A DNA stretch of 33,353 nucleotides, from positions 1 to 33,353 of the forward strand of contig CAYYQL010000028.1 in assembly GCA_964473825.1 (NCBI GenBank), written 5' to 3'. Source of the stretch: an uncultured archaeon (GTDB lineage Archaea > Asgardarchaeota > Thorarchaeia > Thorarchaeales > Thorarchaeaceae). Positions 24,941 to 33,353 of the stretch are shown in pieces. The notes under the pieces were generated by a model, which had not been told where the DNA came from, did no database searches, and worked only from the letters and a program-made list of their open reading frames with translations. Positions within the stretch are counted from its first letter, which is position 1, and each line of letters starts with the position of its first letter. The position numbers and the translations under genes were made by a program.

Positions 24941-26242
24941 TCATTCAGCTGGCACAACTTGCTCCAATCTCTCAAGGGCTCCCTCAGGCAGCATCGTGAA
25001 CAAGCGCTGAACAGTATCATAGCTGAGACGTGCTTCCACAATGATTGCATTCTCGCCAAATTCCTCTTTCTCCACATGACCGTTGTCGTGCAACCAGGAA
25101 AGCATTCTCATTCCCGCCGACTCGTAAGGGATAGTGACATGGTATCTGTGGAGAGCAGGCAAGCTGCGTCTGACCTCAAGAACCAATTCTTCAAGGTTCG
25201 TCTCTTCCTTTGCGGATATTGGAACAACAGCACGTCCGACATCCTGCAGCAGAGTAATCCGTTCACGTAAAGAGATATCCTCCATAAGGTCGATTTTGTT
25301 CAAGGCTACTACCAGAGGAATGCCATTCACACCAATCTCCTTGAACGTGTCAATACAGGCTCCAACCTTCCGATTCATCTCATTAACGGAGTCAGTGGCG
25401 TCTACGACCAGAATGATGACGTCAGCGTTCCCAATCTCCATGAGAGTCGTGTTGAAAGCATCAAGAAGCTCAGGGGGAAGATCACTGATGAAACCTACAG
25501 AGTCACTTACGACGACCTGCCTTCCAGGGATGTCAATGCGCCGTGTCTTCGTTGACAGCGTGGTGAATAGCTGGTCCGCCACCTTTACCTCGGAACCTGT
25601 AAGATCGCGGTGCAGAGTGCTCTTTCCTGCATTGGTATAGCCTGTCAGAGTCACTTCTAAGAAGCCGACCTTCGACCTCCTCTTACGTTTCAATTCCTGA
25701 ATATCGGATATCTTCTCTAGTTTAGAACGGATGGTGGCAATACGTCTACGAAGTTCCATAGTGCGGATGTTCAGCAGGTCTTCTCCTGCACCGACTTGTT
25801 CTCCCACAGGTCGGGCACCCGTGTGTTCACTCTGAAGTTGTATCCGTAGCTGATGTCGGATGAAGGGAAGTTCATATTCAAGTCGCGCTTGTTCAATCTG
25901 CAGTTTGGCTTGGGGTGTCCTTGCATGCTTGCTGAATATCTCGAGTATCAGCTGGTTTCTGTCACGAACCTCAACATTCCATTTCTCCATGAGGCGATAC
26001 ATCTGACTGGACTTCAGCTGTGGGGAGAAGAGCACAACATCGGGCTTGCTGATATCAATGTGAGTTGCAATCTCTTCGACCTTTCCCGAGGATATAGCAA
26101 AACGAGCGGATTTCGGTCCGACAATATCGATTGCCTCCACCACAGCATAACCTGCGGTCTCAGCTAATGCCTGGAATTCATCCAGAAGATCATGTTCGTC
26201 ATATTCTCGGCTCTGAACCAAGAGAGCTCTCAGGGATTCCAT
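24941..26242 (-). CDS. hflX: Ribosome-splitting GTPase HflX
   Basis: DR..LILEIF..HA, AKLQ.E.A.L.Y, GYTNAGKS, LFTTL, DSVGFI, NKID, ISA. Confidence 0.95.
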   Translation of the reverse strand: MESLRALLVQSREYDEHDLLDEFQALAETAGYAVVEAIDIVGPKSARFAISSGKVEEIATHIDISKPDVVLFSPQLKSSQMYRLMEKWNVEVRDRNQLILEIFSKHARTPQAKLQIEQARLEYELPFIRHQLRIQLQSEHTGARPVGEQVGAGEDLLNIRTMELRRRIATIRSKLEKISDIQELKRKRRSKVGFLEVTLTGYTNAGKSTLHRDLTGSEVKVADQLFTTLSTKTRRIDIPGRQVVVSDSVGFISDLPPELLDAFNTTLMEIGNADVIILVVDATDSVNEMNRKVGACIDTFKEIGVNGIPLVVALNKIDLMEDISLRERITLLQDVGRAVVPISAKEETNLEELVLEVRRSLPALHRYHVTIPYESAGMRMLSWLHDNGHVEKEEFGENAIIVEARLSYDTVQRLFTMLPEGALERLEQVVPAE

Positions 26243-26347
26243 TACGTAATGTCAAAAGCCAAGGGTCTTAAACGGTTTGATTCGTGAATTGACCCAAGAA
26301 TGGCCAGCAGTTGCTTTGTATCGCATTGAAAAACTCGGGTTGATATA

Positions 26348-28381
26348 ATGGAGCACTTTGAGATAAAGAACAAGGACTTTCTTGCAAGGTTGGGCAGATT
26401 CTCAACAAGGCACGGGGATGTTGACACACCACTTCTCATGCCCGTTATCCATCCGGGTAGGTCCGAGATCAGGCCGCGACAGCTAAGAGAGCAGTTTGGT
26501 TACCAGATGGTTATCACTAATTCATACATCATCAAGTCAAAGAAGGAATTCCGTGAGCGAGCCCTTCAGGAGGGAGTCCATAGCCTGCTGGACTTCGATG
26601 GGCCAATAATGACTGACTCTGGTACATTCCAGATGTACTTCCATGGGCTGCCTGAGGGAGAGATCGATCCCTTAGACATAGTGCGGTTCCAAAGGGAGAT
26701 TGGCAGTGACGTTGGGACTATTCTTGATGTGTTTTCTGAACCTGATGCGGGGAAGATGAGGGTTGAGAGAGATGTGAATATCTCTCTTGAGAGAGCTCGG
26801 AAATCCGTGGCCGAAAAGGCTGACATGTACTTAGCTGGAACAGTCCAAGGCGGAGTCTATGAAGACCTGAGGAGAAACGCTGCACGTGAAATGGCCGCCT
26901 TAGATATCGAGATCCACCCGATAGGGGGTGTTGTTCCGCTGATGGAACGATACAGATTCGCTGATGTTATTAGAGCAACTCTTGCAGCCAAGAGCCGACT
27001 TCCCCCGAATAGGCCAGTTCATCTCTTTGGATGTGGACATCCGATGTTCATGGCCATCGCAGCCCTTGCCGGATGCGATTTCTTCGATTCTGCCTCCTAC
27101 GCGAAATTCGCCGATGCCGGTAGAGTTCTGTTACCAACGGGCACAGTGCATCTGGAGAACCTGCGAGAACTGCCCTGCAATTGTCCTGTGTGCAGCGGCA
27201 CCACTGCTGATGACTTGAAACAATTGCCGAAGAAAGAACGTGTGATGGCGCTCATGCGCCACAACCTTTACGTGACGGCATCTGAGATGCGACGAATACG
27301 TCAGTATATCGTTGACGGAAAGCTCATCGAGCTGGCCTCTGCCCGAGCCCGAGGTCATCCTACCCTTCAGGAAGCCCTTCAGGTGATCATAAACAGTCAG
27401 GCAATGCTTGAAGAGAATGATCCTGTTGGAAAGGGGGCGTCTATCTTCTACACTGGCCCCGAAACAGCAATCCATCCGGCCTTTGTCAGACAGCATCTCA
27501 GAATCATGAAACGGTATCTCTACTGGACAACAGATACGCTTCTTCTTGTCCCCCATATGGGAGATCGTCCCTTTTCCGATACGACAGGCATGATCGCAGA
27601 TGCTGTCCGCGCTGTTACTCCAGACAGGGCCATCCTAGTCTACGTAACACCCTTTGGTGTGGTGCCGCTAGAGCTTGAGCATGTATATCCTGCCCAACAG
27701 ACCCTATTCCCAACAACAATCGACGCCTATACGGTAGATACAGCCAAAGCGCGGGTACTGGAACTACTGGAGAAGATGCGATTCAGAAAGGCATACTGGT
27801 TCCTGAGGGATGTCTATACAAGCACGTTTCTCTCAGCAGTCACTCCCGTTATCGACATCGAAACCCTTGACAGTGCAACCGCAGTGGCCGAAATAATCCC
27901 GAAAGAAGAGAAGAAGAAGGAGGGTGCTTTGAGAAAGCTTCGTGCGCTCTTCGCCTATCAATGGGGAATCAATGTTTCAGACACCTTCCTAGAGAGCTTA
28001 GAAGTTGTCTACTCAAGGTCAACGGGAAAGATACGTCATCTTAAACGCGAGGGGGAGATTCTCTTCACCGTCGTGCCAACAACAGGGATGCTCACTCCCA
28101 CATTTGAAGGGGGACTCAAGCTTCTTGCTCAAAAAATCCCGGAAGAGTATATTGTCACAATGGAGGAAGAAGCCTCAGAGTTTGTTGCTGCAGGCAAGTC
28201 CGCATTGGCCAAGTTCGTGACAAGCGCAAGTCACACACTGCGGGCAGGCGAGGAAACTCTCGTTGTTGATCCAGCAGGGAATCTTGTCGGAGTGGGGAAG
28301 TCAATCCTGAATGGCCGCGAAATGCTCGCATTCCACAGAGGCGTAGCAGTGATGACTAGGCACTCGAAGAAGCGGAGCTAG
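26348..28381 (+). CDS. tgtA: Archaeosine tRNA-guanine(15) transglycosylase with C-terminal PUA domain
   Basis: TP.LMPV, MTDSGTFQ, PIGGVVPLME.Y, HLFG.GHP, DFFDSASY, CNCPVC...HN Zn site, PUA-like GKS..AKFV...G.AV..R. Confidence 0.93.
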   Translation: MEHFEIKNKDFLARLGRFSTRHGDVDTPLLMPVIHPGRSEIRPRQLREQFGYQMVITNSYIIKSKKEFRERALQEGVHSLLDFDGPIMTDSGTFQMYFHGLPEGEIDPLDIVRFQREIGSDVGTILDVFSEPDAGKMRVERDVNISLERARKSVAEKADMYLAGTVQGGVYEDLRRNAAREMAALDIEIHPIGGVVPLMERYRFADVIRATLAAKSRLPPNRPVHLFGCGHPMFMAIAALAGCDFFDSASYAKFADAGRVLLPTGTVHLENLRELPCNCPVCSGTTADDLKQLPKKERVMALMRHNLYVTASEMRRIRQYIVDGKLIELASARARGHPTLQEALQVIINSQAMLEENDPVGKGASIFYTGPETAIHPAFVRQHLRIMKRYLYWTTDTLLLVPHMGDRPFSDTTGMIADAVRAVTPDRAILVYVTPFGVVPLELEHVYPAQQTLFPTTIDAYTVDTAKARVLELLEKMRFRKAYWFLRDVYTSTFLSAVTPVIDIETLDSATAVAEIIPKEEKKKEGALRKLRALFAYQWGINVSDTFLESLEVVYSRSTGKIRHLKREGEILFTVVPTTGMLTPTFEGGLKLLAQKIPEEYIVTMEEEASEFVAAGKSALAKFVTSASHTLRAGEETLVVDPAGNLVGVGKSILNGREMLAFHRGVAVMTRHSKKRS

Positions 28382-29519
28382 TTGGCGCCGGTGATTGGAA
28401 GAGGGGATGACCTGGAATTTTCCGAAGAGCCTCCACGCCACCGACAGGAAGTATCATGACTTCAGGACGGGGCGCATAGAGACGAAGCTCCTGCCCACTC
28501 TCAATCTCGGATTCCGGGGGCAATAGAGCCTGTGCAGAGATGTCACCCACATTGAAATAAATCTCAAGGGAGTTCCCGACAAATATTGTGCGTTCAACTT
28601 CACCCACAATCATGTTGTCCCTCGGGTCAGTCTTCTCCAGATGTAAGTCCTCAGGACGGATGGCGCACTTCACCATCTCCCCTTTCTCGAAGGGATAGTC
28701 CGAGATTGTGGTCTTACCAGCAATGGTCTGCCCTTTGGGAATAGCCACCTCAATGTAATCGGAGAGTGCTGTTATCTCTCCATCAATGAAGGTGCACTGA
28801 CCGATGAAGTCGGCTACAAAGACAGTCTGAGGAAATGAGTATATCTCTCTGGGGGGGCCAAACTGCTGAATATATCCGTGATCCATCACAGCTAGTTTGT
28901 CGGAGATGCTCAATGCCTCATGCTGATCATGAGTGACATAGACGGTGGTGATGCCCAACTCCTTTTGAATCCGGATGATTTCTTCACGCATCTCTACACG
29001 CAGCTTGGCATCCAGATTTGATAATGGCTCATCCAGTAGCAAAAGGTCGGGTTCGATGACCAAGGCTCTAGCAAGCGCAACACGTTGCTGCTGGCCTCCA
29101 GACAACTGATGAATATGTCTCCTCTCAAGACCCTCAAGACGCACAAGCCTCAGTACCTCTCGGACACGTCTATCAATGGCCTCTTTGGTGTATTTCATCC
29201 CTTTGACACGCTTCAGTCTCAGACCGTATGCAATATTTCCGTACACATCCATGTGAGGCCAAAGAGCATAATTCTGGAAACACATCCCCGTATTGCGCTT
29301 GTGAGGGGGAACATCTGTTACATCCCTATCATCGAAGTATACATGACCTCGATCGGGTTTGTAGAAACCAGCAATCAGGCGCAACAGAGTTGTCTTGCCG
29401 CATCCTGAGGGGCCAAGGAGAGTAGAGAGTTCTCCTTCTTTTAGTACTATGTTCACTTCATCAGTAGCAACGATTTCACCGAATGTCTTTCGGAGATCTT
29501 CTAGTCGAATTTCTACCAT
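28356..29519 (-). CDS. ABC transporter ATP-binding subunit (PotA/FbpC family)
   Basis: GPSGCGKT, FQNYALWPHM, LSGGQQQR, LLLDEP, VTHD, TOBE-like C-terminus; start ATG 29519. Confidence 0.95.
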   Translation of the reverse strand: MVEIRLEDLRKTFGEIVATDEVNIVLKEGELSTLLGPSGCGKTTLLRLIAGFYKPDRGHVYFDDRDVTDVPPHKRNTGMCFQNYALWPHMDVYGNIAYGLRLKRVKGMKYTKEAIDRRVREVLRLVRLEGLERRHIHQLSGGQQQRVALARALVIEPDLLLLDEPLSNLDAKLRVEMREEIIRIQKELGITTVYVTHDQHEALSISDKLAVMDHGYIQQFGPPREIYSFPQTVFVADFIGQCTFIDGEITALSDYIEVAIPKGQTIAGKTTISDYPFEKGEMVKCAIRPEDLHLEKTDPRDNMIVGEVERTIFVGNSLEIYFNVGDISAQALLPPESEIESGQELRLYAPRPEVMILPVGGVEALRKIPGHPLFQSPAPTSSASSSA

Positions 29520-29529
29520 CCATAACACC

Positions 29530-31773
29530 TCATATACCTGTGATTGCCGAGGACCTAGCACCAAGGAGTTTGTTTGTTATAGTTATGACAAACATCTGGA
29601 GTATCATCATAAGCACTCCTAGGCAAGCGGCATTGAAGTACCCGCCGTACTGACCCGTTGCATTCAGCACCTCATTGGTCCAGAATGTCATAGGTGCCCA
29701 ATTTCTTCCCACGCTACCCAGTATCAGACTAGTACTGACCTCGCTCACCGAATACACAAAGGAGAGCAACGATCCTGCAAGAACACTCACACCAATCAGA
29801 GGCAGCGTGATTCTCGCGAAAGTCTGGTTCTTACTCGCCCCCACGTTCATGGATGCCTCCTCTAGTGCAACAGGTGTTGACAGAAGCCCGGCGTATGCAG
29901 CCCTTACCGTGAACGGAAACTTGCGTATTGTGTAAGACATTGTTATGAGAAACGCCGGAAAACCTGCTGGAAAGAAGGGACTGCCGTAGAAAAGCGTGAA
30001 GTAGCCTGTTGCAATTACGATTCCCGGTAGAGCAATCGGAGAGGTCACCAGCAAGTCCAGCCAGGTCTTACCCGGGATATCCCTTCGTGCAATCAGATAT
30101 GCCGCACTCGTTCCAAGTAATACGATGAACACGGTAGCAATGGTACCATATAGCAAGGTTAGATTGATTGACTGGGCAACATTGGTATACTGCCAGAGAA
30201 CAGAGTAGTTGTCCAACGTCCATGCTGTCGGAAGTGGAGAATCAGTCGCCCAGTTACCTGCGAATGAGAGGATAATCACACTGATCTGCGGTATCAGTGC
30301 CAGAAACAGCACCGGAATGAGAACAACGTAGAGCAGCAAGCTCGTAGGAACTCGAATGCGACTCTTGAGAATCCATTCAGGAAGCTTGTCGCGATACTTC
30401 GGAATCCGAGATAGAGCAGTATGGAAGGCAAGAACAGCAAACAGAAGAATGGCTGAACTATTGAGCCCTGTGCGAAGAAGGAGAACCGCCTCGAAGAGCC
30501 ACCCACAGACAATAACAGCACCGTTGAGTGACAGTCCTTGTGACTCGAGCCTTCTCGTTCGTGGATTCCACTGTCCGCCTTTTGAGCCAGAAGCGTAAGA
30601 ACGGAGCGATGTGTATTTTCGAATTGCCAGGAAACCAGTCAATGCAAATATCAAGAGGAGAATCCCAATCGCAGGCCCAGCAGGATCTATCTGGCCACTC
30701 TGAGTTGCAATGCTCGCAAAGACCTGGTAGGCCAGAGTCTTCTGTGCCTGCTGGTGCTCATAGAAGACAATCGGTGTGCCAAGATCTTCAATACTGAGAA
30801 TGAAGGTCAGGATTGCTCCAGCCTGAATGCCGGGCATGGCAAGAGGAAGTGTAACCGACCTGAACAGCTTGAAGCCCGTGGCACCTAGATTCTCAGCTTG
30901 TTCCTCAAGTGATGGGTCTATGCTCATGAAAGACGAGTATGCATTGAGATACACAAGCGAAAAGAAAGAGAGGGATTGCACAAAGATAATTGCAGCAAGG
31001 CCTTGAAACTCGAAGCGAAATGGTGTCACACCAAGCATTGTGTAGAAGAGGTTGTTGAAGAAGCCTCTCGGTCCAAGGAAACGCTTGATGCCGATTGCAC
31101 CAATGAAGGGAGTGGCGAGGATTGGAAATATCAAAACAGTCCGGACGATAGATTTGCCCGGAAACTCATACCTGGCGATGATGAATGCGAAGAAGACGCC
31201 GATGACTACGGAAAAGGCTGTCACAACTAAAGCAACGTATATCGAGTTGAGAACGGCGCCCAAATCGACTCCACGGATGACCATGAGGTCGCCTGCGAAG
31301 AGGACTGTCCTGAGGTCGATATAGCTGTCCCACTGACCAGTATTGGAGTTCCATTGCCATGGCCAGAAATTGGAGTTGGAGAACAGATTGGAGATGTGGA
31401 ATAGAGAGGGTAGTCCAGTGTTTGGGTCAACCAAGGAGAACGCCACCACACTGACGAGGGGTGCTATCAGAAAGAGGCCGAAGACGATGATGACTGCAGC
31501 TAGCTGTAGTGCTGAGAGGGTATCCAGTTCCTCCCTCAGCTTCGTATAGGTCTTCCGAACACTTCCCGAGGGATCTCTTGCAAAGGAGAGCACAGCGTAT
31601 CCGCCAGACCTGATGGAGCCAACAGCCCGACGGCCCAACCCCAGACTCCGACTCTTGATTCCACCAGGAATCCTTTTGGCCCCTGATACAATCTGGTCAG
31701 TGAGTCTTACTGACTCGAGTTCTTCACTCTCATCAAGAGGCCTGTCGGCCTCTTTGCTCTCCTGCAATGCCAT
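29530..31773 (-). CDS. ABC transporter permease with duplicated TMD (FbpB/ThiP family)
   Basis: Many hydrophobic helices; two EAA loops (LEEQAENLGA, LEEASMNVGA). Confidence 0.93.
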   Translation of the reverse strand: MALQESKEADRPLDESEELESVRLTDQIVSGAKRIPGGIKSRSLGLGRRAVGSIRSGGYAVLSFARDPSGSVRKTYTKLREELDTLSALQLAAVIIVFGLFLIAPLVSVVAFSLVDPNTGLPSLFHISNLFSNSNFWPWQWNSNTGQWDSYIDLRTVLFAGDLMVIRGVDLGAVLNSIYVALVVTAFSVVIGVFFAFIIARYEFPGKSIVRTVLIFPILATPFIGAIGIKRFLGPRGFFNNLFYTMLGVTPFRFEFQGLAAIIFVQSLSFFSLVYLNAYSSFMSIDPSLEEQAENLGATGFKLFRSVTLPLAMPGIQAGAILTFILSIEDLGTPIVFYEHQQAQKTLAYQVFASIATQSGQIDPAGPAIGILLLIFALTGFLAIRKYTSLRSYASGSKGGQWNPRTRRLESQGLSLNGAVIVCGWLFEAVLLLRTGLNSSAILLFAVLAFHTALSRIPKYRDKLPEWILKSRIRVPTSLLLYVVLIPVLFLALIPQISVIILSFAGNWATDSPLPTAWTLDNYSVLWQYTNVAQSINLTLLYGTIATVFIVLLGTSAAYLIARRDIPGKTWLDLLVTSPIALPGIVIATGYFTLFYGSPFFPAGFPAFLITMSYTIRKFPFTVRAAYAGLLSTPVALEEASMNVGASKNQTFARITLPLIGVSVLAGSLLSFVYSVSEVSTSLILGSVGRNWAPMTFWTNEVLNATGQYGGYFNAACLGVLMMILQMFVITITNKLLGARSSAITGI

Positions 31774-31811
31774 GGCTTTCTCCTCTGTGCGATCTGTTTC
31801 GATGTCTTGTG

Positions 31812-33257
31812 CTACGGCAGCAGTGCCAGCACTTGGTCTCTTACGTTGTTATACTGGGCCTTTGCAGCCGTCGTCCAGAGAGATTGCATCGCTGACGCAT
31901 AGACGCTGTCATAGATCATGTCATCGTTGATCTCTATGGCGTACTCAAGTGTGAACTTTCGGTTCAGACCGGAGTCCGGATCCTCAATCGTGACGGGGGT
32001 ACCCATAAGAGATGCGTAGTAATCCAGCTGTGTTTCATCGATATGTCCATCGTAGTATGCATCTACAATCGTCTGCCAAGTGTCAACAAGCTGAGTGTGA
32101 GAGTCAGTGAAGACAGACTCGAAGTACTTGACAAATGCTGTGTTACTCTGAAGCGACAAGGTGTCATTGAATTCGATCCCTGTGGTCTGCACAGTATTGT
32201 TGAAAGTGTTGTAGAGCTCGGGGTTATCCAGACCCAGAGGCTGATCAAAGGCCTCACGCATGACAGGCATACGAAGGATGTTCTCATGCATCCAGAGCGA
32301 CTGCGCATATGGCGAAAGAACCCAGTCTAGAAATGCCTCCGCATGATTCGGGTTGGGAGTGTTGTGCGCAATAGCAATCGGGTCACCATTCACAATAGAC
32401 TGACCTTCAGGCAAGATGTACTCACAGTCAGGGTTCTTTGACTGGGTTAGATAGCCGTAGAAGTCGATGGACATTGAAATGCCAACTTGGCCGTTCTCAG
32501 CTGCGGACTGTGTTTCAACAGAGCCCACATAGATATTGGAGCTTCCAGCCATCCGAGCCATGTTGATCCATCCTTCATCCCATCCCAGCCCTTGTGTCAT
32601 AATCTCATAGATTCGAGTATTTGACGTTGTCCCAGGAGCATTTCCCATGGCGATTGTTGGAATCGTGGGAAGGAGGCTTCCATATGTGGCATTTGCCAGA
32701 TCTGTCCACTTGCGGGGCACTGGTAAACCATAGTCATCCAGAAAGGCATGGTTCACAGTGAACCCGAACGAAGATATGGCAGCGGCAACCCACATTGGTT
32801 CGCCCTCTGAGTTGTTTCGCTTCATGTTCGCACCAGCCAATGTATCATTCACTCGTGAGAGGGCGCTCTGCATCAACGGGCTGGTGAGAGGGCGTAAAAG
32901 CTCATCACGCATCAGTTGATCAAACAATGTTGGACCACCACCCCAACAGACATCAACGTCTCCAGCATCAATGAGGTTGTTCCAGAACTCAGCGCTAGGC
33001 GTCCTCCAGACTATATCGGTGATTGAGTGCTCTTGTGCGTACTCACTTGCGAGAAACTCAGACTCATAGACACTGTGTATGGCAACGTCGTGCCGTGTAA
33101 GAATCGTAATCGACTGTCCTTCTCCGTCCGTTGGAGTAGTTGGACCGCCGCCACCCCAAAACAGAAATCCTGCAATTCCGCCAACAGCAACGATAGCAAT
33201 CACTACGAGGGCAATCACTATCGTCTTGGTGTTTCTTGTGCTTTCAAGCTCACTCAT
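31812..33257 (-). CDS. ABC transporter substrate-binding protein (AfuA/FbpA/thiamine-like), N-terminally membrane-anchored
   Basis: N-terminal TM helix plus GGGGPTTPT linker; DVCWGGG, P..W.DL, P.TTS, DPIAI, AEAFLDWVLS..AQ. Confidence 0.88.
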   Translation of the reverse strand: MSELESTRNTKTIVIALVVIAIVAVGGIAGFLFWGGGGPTTPTDGEGQSITILTRHDVAIHSVYESEFLASEYAQEHSITDIVWRTPSAEFWNNLIDAGDVDVCWGGGPTLFDQLMRDELLRPLTSPLMQSALSRVNDTLAGANMKRNNSEGEPMWVAAAISSFGFTVNHAFLDDYGLPVPRKWTDLANATYGSLLPTIPTIAMGNAPGTTSNTRIYEIMTQGLGWDEGWINMARMAGSSNIYVGSVETQSAAENGQVGISMSIDFYGYLTQSKNPDCEYILPEGQSIVNGDPIAIAHNTPNPNHAEAFLDWVLSPYAQSLWMHENILRMPVMREAFDQPLGLDNPELYNTFNNTVQTTGIEFNDTLSLQSNTAFVKYFESVFTDSHTQLVDTWQTIVDAYYDGHIDETQLDYYASLMGTPVTIEDPDSGLNRKFTLEYAIEINDDMIYDSVYASAMQSLWTTAAKAQYNNVRDQVLALLP

Positions 33258-33353
33258 TTTTCTATTCCTCTCTCAGAATCCTCTTTATTCCGTATCCAAA
33301 GTCATAGGCAGACTGACCTTTGTACCCCGGTAATTAAGCCTTTTCGAAAGGAG

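Noticed and set aside
28356-28381. 26-bp 3' overlap of tgtA and the ABC ATPase gene
   Set aside because: Convergent tail overlaps are common in compact archaeal genomes.
3995-29564. Longest-ORF starts at 3995, 18234, 20668, 23187, 24903 and 29564
   Set aside because: They overlap neighbouring genes or add non-homologous N-termini; downstream starts fit family N-termini and operon spacing better.
1-33353. CRISPR arrays, rRNA/tRNA genes, IS elements, long tandem repeats
   Set aside because: None were seen; the window is almost fully coding with short intergenic gaps.

Overview
A 33 kb gene-dense archaeal chromosomal segment, most consistent with an Asgard archaeon (probably Thorarchaeota, inferred from gene content). 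Left to right it holds: class III RNR nrdD (runs off the left edge, missing from the ORF track) with an NrdH-like redoxin; thyA; a Cys-tailed Lrp regulator; a hexapeptide acyltransferase; an EF-2 paralog lacking the diphthamide HRG motif; an alpha-solenoid protein; two single-domain KaiC-like ATPases preceded by a thioredoxin-fold protein; a roadblock protein, two Rab-like GTPases and a WD40 protein; a PolB2 module; larC; cofE; a C1 cluster (metV, then tightly spaced metF-mtrH'-mtrA*-mtrH-methanogenesis marker 14); hflX; tgtA; and an Fe3+/thiamine/polyamine-family ABC transporter. No rRNA, tRNA, CRISPR array or mobile element was recognised. The best candidate for an undescribed system is a soluble, membrane-free Mtr-derived methyl shuttle: two MtrH paralogs, an MtrA with an MtrB-like tail instead of a membrane anchor, and an ASKHA reactivase-like ATPase, linked to the folate enzyme MetVF. 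It may bridge the H4F and H4MPT methyl pools. The second candidate is a kaiBC-like cassette with a split CI/CII KaiC. Comparisons to reference proteins are from memory and need confirmation by search.
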